The notes beneath the pieces were generated by a model that was not told where the DNA came from, searched no databases, and worked only from the letters and a program-made list of their open reading frames with translations. This document shows, piece after piece, positions 38,064 through 53,309 of a stretch of 64,000 bases of DNA. The position numbers and the translations under genes are program-made. Origin of the DNA: Flaccisagitta enflata (Eukaryota); assembly GCA_965153355.1 (NCBI GenBank), contig OZ231126.1, forward strand, positions 10,726,001 to 10,790,000. The letters run 5' to 3'. Every line of letters begins with the position of its first letter. The first letter of the stretch is position 1.

Positions 38064-41000
38064 TACTCGAAGTAATATAATTCAGAAAATGTCACAGACC
38101 GACAGACAATAAGATGGACAGACAAACCGACACAGCAAGGTGTAGAACAACATGCCCACAAATATTACAAGGCCGGATACACAACAACCCAATCATATAC
38201 AGTTGGATGCAAGCAGCAAGATAACAAGGCCGGATACACGGCTACCCCAGCTGCGTGTGAGTGGGCAGGAGCAGTGCTAGAAAAGGTCAACAGAGCATTT
38301 GGACCAACCAACCAACAGACCAACCGACCAACCGACCGACCGACCGACCGACCGACCGACCGATCGACTGACCGACCGACCGACCGACCGACCAACCAAC
38401 ATAGCAGGGCGGAGTCGCATAGCACACAACTAAAAATCGTTACAACTTTTCAAAATATTACAGACGAACCGACCGACCGACTGACACAGCAAAGTGTAGA
38501 GATGCGTGTCCCCACGACTAAAAACAAACCATAAATTCCAGTGACTTTGGTCTTTTTTTCTTGTGCATTAACGGGTGTTCGAATAAAAATTGGAGACAGT
38601 TTTTAATAGGTTAGCTTTTTTGTTAGGGCACCTAGGAAAAAACAATGAAATTACAAAAGATAGCGGATAACATAACTAACAGTTTGGTGAAAGAATCTTA
38701 ATTTTATCATGCACCATTGGAAAGAAAATCAAAATAAACAAATTCCTGGTGAAAAATTTCTACAGAGCCTGGGACAAAAGGCTAGTTTCCCTAGTCAGTG
38801 CTGCGCCAGTGTCTTGGAAGAAAACTAAATTGTCTTTTGTTTTCTTGCTGCAGCTTTTTTACAAAGGAGAGGAGGCTTAGAGCTTGGTAGTCAAAAGATT
38901 CATCTTACATGTCCTAAACATGTAACAAGTAATACCCTCTGAATCAAAGACACTTCCTCAATGCAATCTAACTTAGCCAAGCCAAGCCAAGCCAAACCAA
39001 GTCAAGCAAAGCCAATCCTTCCTGATCTAAGCCAAGCCCCCAGTCTATGTCAAGCTAATCAAGGTCATTTCACATTCAAAAAAAGTTAAGGCAAGCCCCT
39101 CTAAATCATCCATGTTGTCTTCAGACAAACAAAGCTAACCTTGGTTGTGATGAACATACTGCATCCCAGATTCCCAATTTTCTTACTTTTGCTAATGTAT
39201 TTTTGTGGTGAGCTAAAATTGTATAATGTAAAGATATAAGCGAAACATGTCAAAGATGAAATTTGATCGATAAGGTTTGATTGGAAACAAAGGCATCAAT
39301 TTTTGAATTAAGGATCTCTACTTTACAAACCAGATCTTACTCATAGCCTTGAAATTTTTCAGATTTTTCTTTTTGCTTTAGTATTTCATGTATTGTAATC
39401 TAATGTTTCCTGATTGACAAAATAGAAAAGATTGACTTTAATTCAGCTATACGGCGTTAAAATGGGCCAACAGCCATATGCAAATTAGGAGGTGCGCAGA
39501 TCATCCTCAACTGAAATGTTCTTAAAACATTAACTTTTAAGAATGAATATACAAACCAAATATACATGGCTGATTGAGTATATGCAACAAGACTTAATCT
39601 AACCCAGTTGCTTAAACCATGCAAGATTTTATAATTGAACCACATTTGAAACTATGCTGTTAACATGCATATTGTGCCTACCATCTTAGAGGAATGATTT
39701 GAATTATTGCCATTTAATTATTACAAACTTGGAACAAAAAACATGAAACGGCAACAAAGAGGGCTTGCAAATAAAAAAACAGCAATATGCAAATAAGAAA
39801 AAGCAAAAAAGAAAAGCACTTTACTCTGGCTGCTTGAAATAGACAAAATGGGATGATAATATTGTTGTGGATGAGAGGCGGGATTAAATCCCTTTGTTGG
39901 TGCAAATGCAACAGGCCATATTTGACTATTTTGTTTGTTGACTTCTTCCTCTCTTAGTCAGAAAATCCGATATTTGATTTTGTGCTTTTGATATAAATAT
40001 TTTAGTCACAACCATTTGGCTAAATGTATACCCTTTTACTTAAACATTTTAATGTAGCCCACATGTAAAGATAACATATTTGTCATTTCAAAAATTGACA
40101 ATTTTGGCTGCCAGCAGCATTGAGGGCAAAAACTTAGTGCCATGGATATGGAAACAGTAAGCTACCAATCTCAATGAAAGTAACTGCTTTATGCAAATAA
40201 AGTCAGAACATCACTACTCTTTTTTGTTTTCTCTTCAACAATGTACCATCTCATTTGCATATTGTAGCATCGACCTTCAGGGATGAAACCTTGGTAAAAT
40301 AAAGATTTTTTCTCCTTGTAATACAGGGCGGATATCATTTTGATAAAGGGTTAAGGTGACTGATATTTACAAAGAGATATTACAAGTGTTGTTAAACAAA
40401 TTTAAAGATGAATGTTAATCATTAAAGACAAACTCAATTGTGTTGGCCATTCATTTTTAAAAAATGCAAATACTTTTTGAATGGAAAGATCTTTTACCGG
40501 GACATCATGGATTTGAACTCACTTATATTTTTATTGCATATCCCTTTTTCAATATTTGACATGTTTAACTGCAGCTTTTATCAAGCATAAGATTTCATTG
40601 CAATGTACTGAATGAATAAAAGTAATAAGCAGTTACATAGCTCCGTTACTTTAGCATAACTGAACTCACTTTTGTACCTTGTGGATTAGGGGATTTAACC
40701 AATCTTACAGAAGTCAAATAGATGCTCTCATGATAGTCGTAAAATGATATTCTTGCTCCAAGGACATTGCATAATTGAAAAGACTGAGTTAGTTATTAGA
40801 CAAATGGGCCAATGATCACCATGGGTTGATTTAACGAACATATCAAAATGACAACAGGAGGCTATTTGACAGGTTATCATAGAGCTGCAATATGCTAATG
40901 AATTAATCGGTCCCTGGACTATGTCATTCAAAAAGCTGTTGTTGCATGAATAGACCTAAAAGAGTGATTGAACACATGACTGAGGAACAAATTGTTGATT

Positions 41001-43539
41001 CCATTCCACATATCTCAATTTATCATGCTTACTGGGTCAAAGGATCATCCAAATAGTTGACCATGTTAATTCTAAAGAGGTATCCCAAGAGAGAATTTCA
41101 CTGTTTGACCATGAAAAATTCATCTCTTTTTTGTCATGTAAAGTCTTAGAATTTTATTGTTTTTTTAACATATAATCAAACAGTAAAGAGTCAAATGGAT
41201 GCCACTACAGTTGCTGTCAACTGATCTAGTTACTTCAAGAACATTGTGCACTAATTGTTTTTACATCAATTGTTAGACTAGTGGACCAGTTCCCTCTACG
41301 AGATGAAATAACCTACCTCTAAAACTGACATTTAGATGGCTACTTATCAGGTACTAAGAGAGCTGCAATATGCTAATGAGATTAACGGTCTCTCCTCATT
41401 CAGTGTTATCAATGCGTTCAATGGTTGATAGGAGAGACTAGAGGAGAACTAGTTGGTTCATGAGTTCTGATGCACAACAGGCTGGATCTGGATGGCTCAT
41501 ATGCTACTTGCCATAAGAGCATTTTTTGATTACTGGAGCATCAAGATGGAATGTGAAAACACAATCTTTAGACAATCTTTTCTCTATTTGGCAGCCTATA
41601 AGAATCAAAATGGTAGGCCCTTTGAAGACAGTCAAATGTTGAGAAAGATGATCAAAATAGCGATCAAACTGTAAATAGTCAAGTGGATGCCACCATAATT
41701 GTTGTTAAATGATCTCATTGCTTCAAGGACATTGCACATATCAAAAAAGTGTCATGACCATTGAAATGATGGACCAATGATCTACTTGGCATGAACGAAA
41801 GTGCCTATAAAATGGACATTTAGGAGACTATCTATTAGGTTACCATAGCGTAACAATATGCTAATTATATCCTGTTCTCAGTCTTTTAAAGGACTCTAGT
41901 TGCTTGGAAAAAGCTTTATTTAAAAGGCTGTATTTACAATTCATCCATTTTTGAGGATGTAAGCAATGCTAATAAAACACTTGTCAATTGATGTAAAAGC
42001 TCCAAGGTCATGAAAGATATTCTAACGCCCGTAGGTCAGGCAAACCCTCTTCAGAAATTGTTTCAAACAGCAGTTTTGGTTCTAACAAGCCCAAGAGGGC
42101 AACAGTCGCGTGCGTCTGGATATGACAAACAAAAGATTTCCTCCTCCAAGGCTGTGCGATATGTCAATATGTCGATACAATATCGATACGATATCAATAT
42201 TGGTACAATGTCGATACAATACAATACCCAAAAATACCCAAAAATACCCAGAAGTACCCAAAAATACCCAAAAATACCTAGAAATACCCAAAAATACCCA
42301 AAAATCATCAGAATTAGTCAAAAATATCTAAAAATATCTGAAAGAACCCTAAAGTACCCTAAGTACCTAGAATAACTTAAGTACCCTGAAGTACTCTGAA
42401 GTACCCTAAAGTACCCTAAAGTACCCTGAAATACCCAAGAGTACCTTAGATTACCCTTAAAGACCCTAAAAAGTCATAATTTTAACAATGTGACGGACGG
42501 ACGGACGGACCTACCGACCGACCGACCGACCGACCGACCGACACGGTAAGGTGTAGAGTCGCGTGCACGCGACTAAAAACAAATCATTAATGAATCAAAA
42601 ACCTACTTGTGTTTTGATTTAAAGTTCCTAAGTTTTTCTTCAGGTTACCCAACATTCAAATAAAAATTTTTTATACATAGATCCTTTAGCTGATATGATT
42701 TTACTATTTACACATCAGAGGATAAAATGATTGAAATTACATAATGAGAAGTATCCCCTGACATGAAAAAAAAAAGAAAGATGTACATCATAAACCAACT
42801 TGTCAGTTCATGGATTTCAAAATACAATATTTTTGTAGTCAACAGCAAATAACATCTTACTTCAAGAAAGGATAGCTAATCCACTACAATATGCAAATGA
42901 GATTGACACTGATTCAATCTCCTTAACCTTAGGAAAGTCAAAAATTTTCCTAACAAAACAATATTGTGTATTCATAAATCCAATATCTTCAGTTGCAAAC
43001 TTGCTGTGTGGGTCCATCAGTCCAATTGTCAATTTGTACCTTTTTTAAAATGTGTATTTTGCTATATTGCCCCTGACCACCCATCCACAATTGGGTGACT
43101 GAGTCCATGGCCATGTTGGTTTATGATTAAAGGCAAAAAAATGATTGGCTGCATCTACAAAGTTTGATGAAATCATTTGCATATTGCAGAAACTGACTTG
43201 GCCTGATCAACATATTGATCCATATTTTGCATTTGACTTTTTTTCTTTTCAATAATTAATCATGACTCTTGATGATATATTAATCGCTTAAAACTTTTTT
43301 ATCTGCCTCTTAAATTGGAAGCAAGAAACTATCTGTCAATCAATCTCACTCATTGAAAACAGTTTTAAAGCTTCATCTTAAATAACATGAAACCAAGGGA
43401 AAAGTTTGCAGGGGAGGGTAGAAGAGGTAAAGATTGTTTTATGTACCATTTCTTTCTTTTCAAAGAAAACATAGTCTTAGCTTAGGAAAGAAAGTAGAGC
43501 TTAAACGCATAGCAAGGGTTTAGAATTGCAAGTAATGTT

Positions 43540-44000
43540 TAAGAATAGAAATGTGATTAGGTCTAGGGGTTGAAAATGATGGTAAAGGTGTACAGTTTAG
43601 GGCTTGTGGGAAAGGGGTTGGGATAAGGAGTAGGTTTTGGTGCAGGGTTGAGTAAGGGGTAGGGTTGGAGTTAAGGGAAGGGGTGGGGAAAGGGATAGTA
43701 GTTGAGTTGGGAGTTAGGGATAGGGGCGGAGTTAGGGGAAGGGGCAGGGTTAGGGGTGGGGTTAGGGGTGGAGTAAGGGGTAGAGGTGGAGTTAGGGGTA
43801 GGATTAGGTGAGCTAAGGGTAAGGGGTGGAGGTTGAGTATGGGGTCAAAGATCCGTGGTGGGGGTCGAGTCAAGGGTAGGAGTGGGGTAAGGGGTAGGGG
43901 TGGGGTAGAGGTAAGGGCTAGTCTAGGGTTAGGGCTGAGTCTAAAGGTAGGGGTGAGTCCAGGGGTGTGTCTGAAGGTAGGGGATAGGGCACATGACTGG
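43540..44000 (+). repeat. Degenerate telomere-like G-rich (TTAGGG-like) tract
   Basis: GTTAGGG/GTAGGG/GTTGGG hexamers. Perfect TTAGGG runs occur at 44270-44305 and 45427-45438, and CCCTAA at 51496-51507. Confidence 0.75.
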
Positions 44001-44031
44001 GGTAGCGGCATGTCCAGCCTTTTCATCCAAC

Positions 44032-44136
<105 letters not shown>

Positions 44137-44339
44137 GTCTCTCTCTGTCTCTCTCTCTCTCTATCTCTCTCTCTCTGACAAAGAATCATTGCCATCGGTT
44201 CGTCTATTCAGTGTCGCGAATCCTGAGAAGGATTTTTTGTGAACATGAGCTTGATGAAGGAGAGGATGGTTAGGGTTAGGGTTAGAGTTAGGGTTAGGGT
44301 TAGGGTCCATCGCCCAAAATTTTCTAAACATCATTTTAA

Positions 44340-47300
44340 CTTATTCTGTCTATTTTTGTTCATGTCTCTTGCCTCCTCATGCCTGCTCATGTCTCCTTAT
44401 GTCTCCTTGTGTTTCTTCATGCCTCCTTGTCTCTCTTCATGTCTCCTCATGTTTGGTCAAGTCTCCTCATGTCTCTTTGTGTCCATTCACACCTGCTTAT
44501 ATCTCCTTATTCCTCTTCATGTCTCCCATGTCTCCATGTCTCTTAAAGTTTATTCATGCCCAGGCCTGATTTTAGAGCGAGCCCGCGAGCCCGATGCCCT
44601 CTATTTTGCTCTCGGGCTCTCATGTTTTGCAAGCTCTGAGCCCGGTGGGCTCTCTCTCATTGGGATGGATTCAAAGCGCTGATTGAGAAAAATATTTGGA
44701 AAATAAGCAGGTCTTGAGTCGTTATTTGATTTTTTCATGAATTGAATCATTGTAGTTGTGACTAATATATCATTACATCATAAAACCAGTGGCTGTTGTT
44801 ACAAATTTAGGCTGATATAATGGTAAAATTTGGCACAACGTTTTTTTCCGGGCTCATGCTCTTCCTGTCGGGCTCTGTCAAATTGTGGGGAGCGAGCCCG
44901 ACTGGCTCAGTCAAAGAAATCACTAAAATCAGGCCTGTTCATGCCCCCTCATCTTTCCTCATGTATCCTCATGTCTCATGTCTTTTCATGTCTCTTCATA
45001 TTTCCTTATGTTTCCCATCTCCTCATGTCTCTTTATGTCTCCTTTTGAATCTTCATGTCTCTTCATGTCTCCTCATTTCTTTTCATGTCTTTTCATGTGT
45101 CTTCATGTCTCTTCATGTCTCTTCATGTCTCTTCATGTCTCCTCATGTCTCTTCATGTCTCTTCATATTTTCATGTCTCTTGATGGCTTTTCTTGTCTTT
45201 TTATGTTTCCCATGTCTTCTCCTTTCTATTCATGTCTCCAGATTTCCTTTTTTGTCTTTTCATGTCTCTTTTCATAAAACGACATGGAGGGTCATGAAAA
45301 AAGATGGAGAGACATGAGAAGACAAGAGAAAACATGAAAAGACATGAAGAGACATAAAACAACAGTTTTGCAAATCCTGCGAAGGATTTTTGTGAACATG
45401 AAATTGATGAAGGAGAGGATGGTAAGGTTAGGGTTAGGGTAAGGGTCCATAGCCTGAAATTTTCTAAACACCATTTCTAACATATTCTGTCTATTTCTGT
45501 TCATGTCTCTTGCCTCCTCATGCCTACTCATGTCTCCTCATGTCTCCTTGTGTTTCTTCATGTTTCCTCATGTCTCCTTGTGTCTCTTCATGTCTCCTCA
45601 TATCTGGTCATGTCTCCTCATGACTCTTTGTATCTCCTCATGCCTGCAAATATCTCCTTATTGCTCTTCATGTCTCCCATGTCTTCACGTCTCTTTAAGT
45701 CTATTCATGCCCCCTCATCTCTCCTCATGTATCCTCATGTCTCATGTCTTTTCATGTCTTATCATGTTCCTCCATATTTCCCCATGTTTTTTATTTCACT
45801 TTATGTCTCCTCAAGTCTTTTCATGTCTCCGCATGACTTTTCCTGTCTCTTCATCTCTTCACATGTCTCTCCAAGTTTCCTCATATTTATTCATATTTCA
45901 TCATGTCTTCTCATGTCTCCTCATGTCTCCTCATGTCTTTTCATGTCTCCTCATGTCTCTTTATGTTTCATCCATTCATTTCATGTGTCTTCAAGTCCCG
46001 TCATGTCTCTTGTAGTCTTCTCATGTTCTTCATGTCTCTTCATGTCGCCTTATGTCTCCTCATGTCTCCTCATGTCCTTTTATGTCTCCTCCATTCTTTT
46101 CATGTGTCTTCATGTCCCATCATGTCTCTTGTAGTCTCCTTATGTTTCCTGAAGTCTGTTCGTGTCTTCTCATATTTTTTCTAGTCTTTTCATCTCTCCT
46201 CAAGTCTCCTTATGTTTCCTGAAGTCTTTTCATGTCTCCTCATTTCTTTTCATGTCTTTTCATGTGTCCTTATGTCTCTTCATGTCTCTTCATATTTTTC
46301 ATGTCTCTTCATGTCTTTTCATTTCTTTTCATGTCTCTCATGTCTCTTCATGTCTCTTCATGTCTGTTCTTGTCTTCTCATGTCTTCTCCTGTCAATTCA
46401 TGTCTCCTAATTTTCTTTTATGTCTTTTCATTTCTCTTCATGTCTCTTCATAAAAATACATGGAGGAACATGAAAAGAGATGGAGTGACATGAGAAGACA
46501 AACGGAGACATGAAAAGACATGAAAAGACATGAAGAGACATAAGATGACATGAAAAGACATGAAGAGTCATGAAGAGATATAAACAGACAGGAGGAGATA
46601 TGAAAAGACTTGGAAAGACCTTAGGAGACATGAAGAGACATGAAAGACATAAACAGACATGAGAAGACATAAAAAGAAATAAGGAGACATGGATAGACAT
46701 AAGAAGACATGAAAGACATGAAAAAACAAGAAAAGACATGAAAAGACATGAAAGAACATGAAAAGACATGAAGAGACATGAAGAGACATGAAAAAACTTA
46801 AAGAGACATGAAAAATATGAAGAGACATGAAGAAACATGAAGAAACATGAAGAGACATGAAGAGACATGAGGAGACATGAAGACACATGAAAAGACATAA
46901 AAAGAAATAAGGAGACATGAAGAGACATCAGGAAACATGAGAAGATATGAGGAGACATGAGAAGACATGAAAAGATTTGAAAAGACATGAGGAGACATGA
47001 AGAGACATGAAGAGACATGAAGAGACATGAAGAGACATGAAGAAACATGAGCAGACTACAAGAGACATGAGAGGACATGAAGACACACGAAAAGACATGA
47101 AGAGACATGAGAAGACATGAGCAGACATGAAGAGACATGAAGAGACATAAAAAGATATGAAAAGACATTATACTTCATGGAAAGACAGGAGAGACATGAA
47201 AACACTTGAGGACACATAAGTAGACATGAAGAGACATGATGAGACACAAAGTGATATAAAAGACATGAAAAGACATGAAAAGTCATAAGAAATGAGGAGA

Positions 47301-47495
47301 CATAAAAAAACATGAGAAGACATGAAGCGACTTGAAAAGAAAGAAAGAGACATGAAAATACATGAAAAAACATGAGGAGACATGAATAATGATGAGGAGA
47401 CATGAAGAGACCTCAGAAGACATGAGAAGACATGAAGAGACATGAGAAGACATGAAGAGACATGAGAAGACATGAAGAAACATGAGAAGACATAG
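44340..47495. repeat. 10-bp CATGTCTC(C/T)T minisatellite that switches orientation at ~45280 and ~46455; resumes at 50760-51440
   Basis: CATGTCTCTT units to the left of the axis and GAGACATGAA units to the right. Confidence 0.95.
44561..44937. mobile_element. hAT-type MITE
   Basis: Perfect 15-bp TIR CAGGCCTGATTTTAG, exact 8-bp TSD TTCATGCC and GAGCCCG subterminal repeats. The paralogous site at ~45704 is empty. Confidence 0.92.
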
Positions 47496-47498
47496 AGA

Positions 47499-48331
47499 TA
47501 GTATGCACCGTTGTAGCAATAATGTGAAAGTTACCATGCCATCTCGATATGTTATGAAGCCTTTGGACCTTTGTGATGGTGTTTGAAAAAAGAAAAAGTA
47601 ATATTTCTATCGAATAGCAAATTTACTTTTCATTTAAAGATGACATGTCAAAGGCTAATTTTCGCTCGAATTTTTACCCCATTTTTGCTCGACCCTCAGA
47701 TTCATGAGAAAACCTATTAAGTCATTCTTTCATCTTAAGGGCAATAATGACATAAATTGTTACAATCAGGGAAAGAGAGAATACGATTATGTGATAAAAT
47801 GGCAAACAAGATTATAAAATACATTTTTCACACGCCACAATGTCAAAATTATCGAAAACCGCAATATGCAAATGAGCTTATCAAGCGAACCTGAGAGCGA
47901 CTCGTAACTAGTCTAATTTCATTATTCCCAAGAGGGCAACAGTCGCATGTTTGTTTTACAATGACACACACGACTGAAAAATTACATGATGATAGTTTTG
48001 AATATGATCTTATAACAGATATTATAATTACAACATATGATATGTATGTATACAATACATAGACAGTCGTCAATCAGGTGGGGAAAGTAAACCGCCACAA
48101 GTCAGTAATTCAAATCATTCTTCTCTTGTAACATTAAGTTATAACATTTTCAAATGCGTTCTCGAATCTTGGTAAGAAGCTTTGTCCGTCCGTCTGTCCG
48201 TCCGTCCGTCCGTCCGTCCGTCCGTCCGTCCGTCCGTCCGTCCGTCCGTCCGTCCGTCTATCCGTTCGTTCGTCCGTCCGTCGCATTTGTCTTGTGTTAA
48301 ATCGAGCAAATCGGGCAAAATCGCGCAAGAG

Positions 48332-48402
<71 letters not shown>

Positions 48403-50754
48403 GTGCGCGATGACAAGCCCAGTCACAGGACGAGAGCGCAAAGGACGCATCTATAGGTTGAATTTCGGCCTTGTTCCTTCCATTCCTCCCTTCCCTCCTT
48501 CCTCCTTTATTTTCTCCCTTCATTTCTTTCCTTCCTCCCTTTTGATCCAAACTTCCTTAAATTAGAATTATTCTCTTTTATTTTTCCTCCCTGCCTTCCT
48601 TCCATGACTATTCCTTCCATTACTACCCTCCTCCCTTCCTTCTATTCCTATCTTCAATTCCTTCATTCATTCTTACCTTCCATTACTCCTTTCTATTCCG
48701 ACCTTGCTTCCATTCCTTCCGTCCTTCCCTCCTTTCATTGTTTAGCTTTTGAAACAACCTCTATACCCAATGTTTATCCAAAAAAGTTCAAAATTTGGGA
48801 CGGACTGACAGGCAAAGATTGCATATAAAGGCATCATTAGATTGAATATATGTGACGATTTTATAAGACAAAATCTAAACAGGTGAAAAGGAATAAGAAT
48901 AGTGTGAATGCCTGAAAAAGCGATATTAAGGCAGTGATGTGAAGGGCAGCAAATACAATGATTTACGGAGAGTTTTAAAAACTGCCCGCATATGAAACAA
49001 GAACCATATGCGTATATTCTATCTCAAAAAAAAAAATCTTTACTCGATGAAAATAAGTTCAATTATTGACGTAGAAATAGATATAAATCGATGATTTGTC
49101 CAATTAGTGCTTACTGGACATCCAGAGCAAGAACTTTTTGTTCACATAAAAAAGTCATTCAAGAATCGCACATGGTCAATGGTACCCGATGCCTTGCTTG
49201 GAATGATCAGCAAAAGAAGTGGGGTGAGAGCAGAGCAATGGCCCCAAAGGACCGATGTCTTGTAGGACACAGGGGTTAATTTCCATACATCCTGAGGGGC
49301 AATTTATGATTTTCAAAGGGAGTTTTACATTTTTTAAAAATTTCTTATCAGTTTTCTGTTATTCAATGGGAATTTTCTTTTTTTTTTATTTTTTCTTTAT
49401 CAATTTTCCATATCATCCAATTGGATTTTCAAATTTTTTTCATTTTTTTGTCAATTTTCCAAGTTACTCAATAAGAAATGAGCATTTTTCTATTTTTTGG
49501 AATAATTTCCATGTTATTCAATGGGAAGTTAGCATTTAGTCATTTTTCCATGTTATTCAATGGGAACTTGAGAATTGAGAAGCTTTGGGGGATGTACAAA
49601 TGGACAGACGGACAAACGTAAGGATGGATGGATGTAAGGAAATTCACCCCTGTGGCCTACAGGGCATCGGCCCTTTGGGGCCGCTGCTAAAAAAAGGATT
49701 CATTCAGAGAATATCGACAACTTTATCAAAGCAATTCTTAACATGACCTCCCCATACACGGCATGATTGGGGAGACATCTCATGGTATTCTACCATGACC
49801 TGTCGCCACACCTTCCGCGGCCGAGACCGCCCAACCAACACACTGGAGAAGAAACAAGGCCGGATACACGGCTACCCCAGTCACGTGCGGGTGGGCAGGG
49901 GTCATATTCAAGGTCAGTGGAGCATTTGAGCAGGAGCGGTATAGCCAAAAAGCCCATAAAGGCCGAAAAGTAAAGTGTGACGGAAGGACCGACGGACGGA
50001 AGGACGGACGGACGGACCGACAAAGCGGGGTGTAGAGTCGCGTAGCACGCGACTAAAAAGAAGAAGAAGTAGAAGAAGAGGAAGAAGAGGAAGAAGGGAA
50101 GGTCGATGAAAGGGAATGTACGAAAGAGCATACCATGTATCATTGTCATTGCTGCGTCATATTGAAGATGTTGAAGAAGAAGAAGAATAAGAAGAAGGAA
50201 GAAGAAGAGAAGAAGAAGAAGAAGAAGAAGAAGAAGTGAAGAAGAAGAAGAAGAGATGGAGAAGAAGGGAAGGAAGAAGGGAAGAGAGAAGAAGAAAAGA
50301 TAATTAGCGTTGGGTCTCAATAGCGTCGCAGACAGGGGGGAGGCAGGGAAATTGCGTATTTTGATACTATCACTTGAGGATCACAGACAGACTGATGGAC
50401 CAAATGGGCAGATGGACAATGCCTATCATAGAGTCAAGTCTGCGACTGTAAAAAAGGAGCGTGCAATACATAGTGACTAGCTTACTAATGCCACACAAAG
50501 TACTATTCAATAACCAAAAAAATTACCAAATTTGCATGTGCATGCTCTCGTTAAGGTTCGATCTAGCGGGAAATCTGTGTCATCGGAGGCTCGAAATGAC
50601 GTCGAAAAGACAAAAAAGTAGTATTTTTAAAATCAAAAGTGAATTTGCTAAAATTCATCTAAATGAGTTGAAACTTTACAAATATCTTCTAAACACCCTC
50701 TAGTGCTGTAAACATATCGAGATGGGTCATAACATAGCTTTACGGGCCATACTA
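47499..50754. mobile_element. Non-autonomous TIR element with apparent 7-bp TSD, inserted in the GAGACATGAA satellite
   Basis: TAGTATG..CCGT / ACGG..CATACTA termini, inverted blocks CCATCTCGATATGTT and TAGCAAATT.ACTTTT, and ATAGAGA on both flanks. Confidence 0.65.
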
Positions 50755-51602
50755 ATAGAGAGACGTGAAAAGACATAAGAAGACATGAAAAACATAAAGA
50801 GACATGAGGAAACATGAGGAGACATAAGGAGACATGAAGGGACATGAAAAGAAATAAAACAACATAAAGAGACATGAAAACACATGAAGAGACATGGGGA
50901 GACAAGAGGAGACAAGAGGAGACATGGAAGTTTATGTGGAGACATAAATCATGAAAACAGATGTGGAGACATAAGGAGACGTGAAATGACATGAAGAGAC
51001 ATAAACAGTAATGAATAGACATAAAGGGATAAGAAGAGACATAAGGAGACATTAGGACACATGGAAAGACATAAAGATCCCTTCATCACTTACAATCTTT
51101 CCCTGTAGTCTTCTGAGGAAAAGGTGTATGCAATCCTACACAGCTAAATGCACCTAGGCTACACACAGACTTTGATTTTCTAAGATCAAAAAAATTCCAT
51201 TTCTTTTTCTCTCCCTTTCTCTTTCTTCAAGACAACAGCCTGGCCTCACATGCTTGACTCGATCAAGAGAGAGGGAGACATGAAGAGGAATAAGGAGATA
51301 TTAGCAGGTGTGAGGAGATACCAAGAGACATGACCAGACATAACCAGACATGAGGAGACATGAAGAGAGACAAGGAGACATGAAGAATTACAAGAAAACA
51401 TAAGGAGACATGAGTAGGCATAAGGAGACAAGAGACATGAACAGAAATTGACAAAATATGTTAGAAATGGTGTTTAGAAAATTTTGGACTATGGACCCTA
51501 ACCCTAACCCTACCGTCCTCTCCTTCATCATGTTCATGTTCACAAAAAATCTATCTCAGGATTAGTGAAACTGAAAAGACGAACCGATGGCGATGATTCT
51601 TT

Positions 51603-51668
<66 letters not shown>

Positions 51669-53309
51669 TCCTGTAGAACACAGGGGGGAATTTCCAGACG
51701 TCCGTCCGTCCGTCCGTCCATCCTTCCGTCCTTCCGTCCTTCCCTTGTTGGCTATCAAGACCTAAGATTTGCCCTCCCAGCCCTCGATTTAGCCTTTGAG
51801 GCCTTTAATCAGCCTTCCAGGCTTATAATCAGTCCATTCAGCCTCAAATCCGACCTCAAGACCTCAAATCTGACCTCCAGACCTTCAATTAGCCTCTAAA
51901 GCATCAAAACAGCCCTTCATGGTTCATATATGCCCTCAAAACCTCAAATCTGCTCTCCAAGCCTTAATTCTGCCCTCCAGCCTTCAAATATGCCCTCAGT
52001 GGCCTAAATTAGTCATCTAAGGCCTGAATTATGCCCCCTCAGGACGTCTGGAAATTGCCCCCTGTGTTCTACAGAACATCGGCCCTTTGGGGCTACTGCC
52101 CTGCTCTCACTCCACTTCATCACTGGATCACTCCCAGCAGGGCATCGGGTACCGCTGACCATGTGCGATCCTTGGATGACTAGTTCTAAACTCACCCCAC
52201 CCATGGGACTAAACCCTACCCTTGAAATCAACTCTCAAAACCTAGGCTTAATTGCATCTTTTATGCCTTTTGAATATCTGAACTGAAACTCCTCAAAAGA
52301 TTCCTTATTTGAGAATTTGTTTTCAATGTTAATCCTTTGACATTCTAATACAAGATAAGCCCCTTATTCCTGCCCCCCTAAAAAACCTACATGTTGATAA
52401 CGAAAGTTGAAGATGAAGGTCATGAATATTCCTTTTGGATGAGTGAGATTGGTTGACAGACAGTGTCCTCCCACCAGAACAAGACATGAAACAGAAAGAT
52501 ACTTGAGAGCTGGACATCTTCAAGAGTCAAGATTTATGATAGAATACAACAAATTCACATATGAAATGTGGCTGAAGATTTTGATCAGGAGAAGATAATA
52601 TCTGCAATATGCAAATGATTTCATGGGTTTTTAAAGGTGTAGCCAATCTTCCTCTTGACCTGTAGTTTTACAAAAACGTGCTCTCCAAAACCAAAAATGT
52701 TTGATTGATTGATAAACATCATCAAAAAGATTCTGCCTATACAGTTCTGCATCCATTGACTAAAATTTTTGCCAAATCCAAATCAGGGCCATTTTTGTAA
52801 GAGGAAAACAAGATTTTTCCATTAGTTAGTACTTTGACTTGCTTCCGGCCAGATTCAATATCATTTGCATATTGTAGAGTGCAATTAGACCTCTCTTTTT
52901 ATATTGTTTAATCAATTTTTCTTTTCTTATTACTTCAGAAATGCTTTTGATTGAAATCCATGAACTATAAATTTGATCCATATTTTGTTCATGTCAGAAG
53001 ATATCTTTTGTGATGTAGATTTAATAGTTTCATTCATTGGGATGTAAAAGTATTTGTAAAAATAAAATATTCCAGAGCAATATTCTCCTTAGCTGCATTG
53101 GTCATACTTCATCTCAATTATTGGGGCTCACTGCAACCTAATCTTATATCCTTAACTATATCTTTGCCCTTCCCTTTAGACATATCTGAAAACCTGTCAA
53201 TACCCTTTTGACCCATTCATGAGCAACCTTGCCATTTTAAAATGAGAACTAACAGACAGAGAACCGTCCATTTGTCTTCCACCCATTTTTCAGACATTTT
53301 ATGCAACTA

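Noticed and set aside
44176-51606. Separate 7.4-kb nested foldback element
   Set aside because: Its flanks are themselves mirror images ((CT)n vs (GA)n) and there is no TSD, so it is better explained as the inner part of the 20-kb palindrome.
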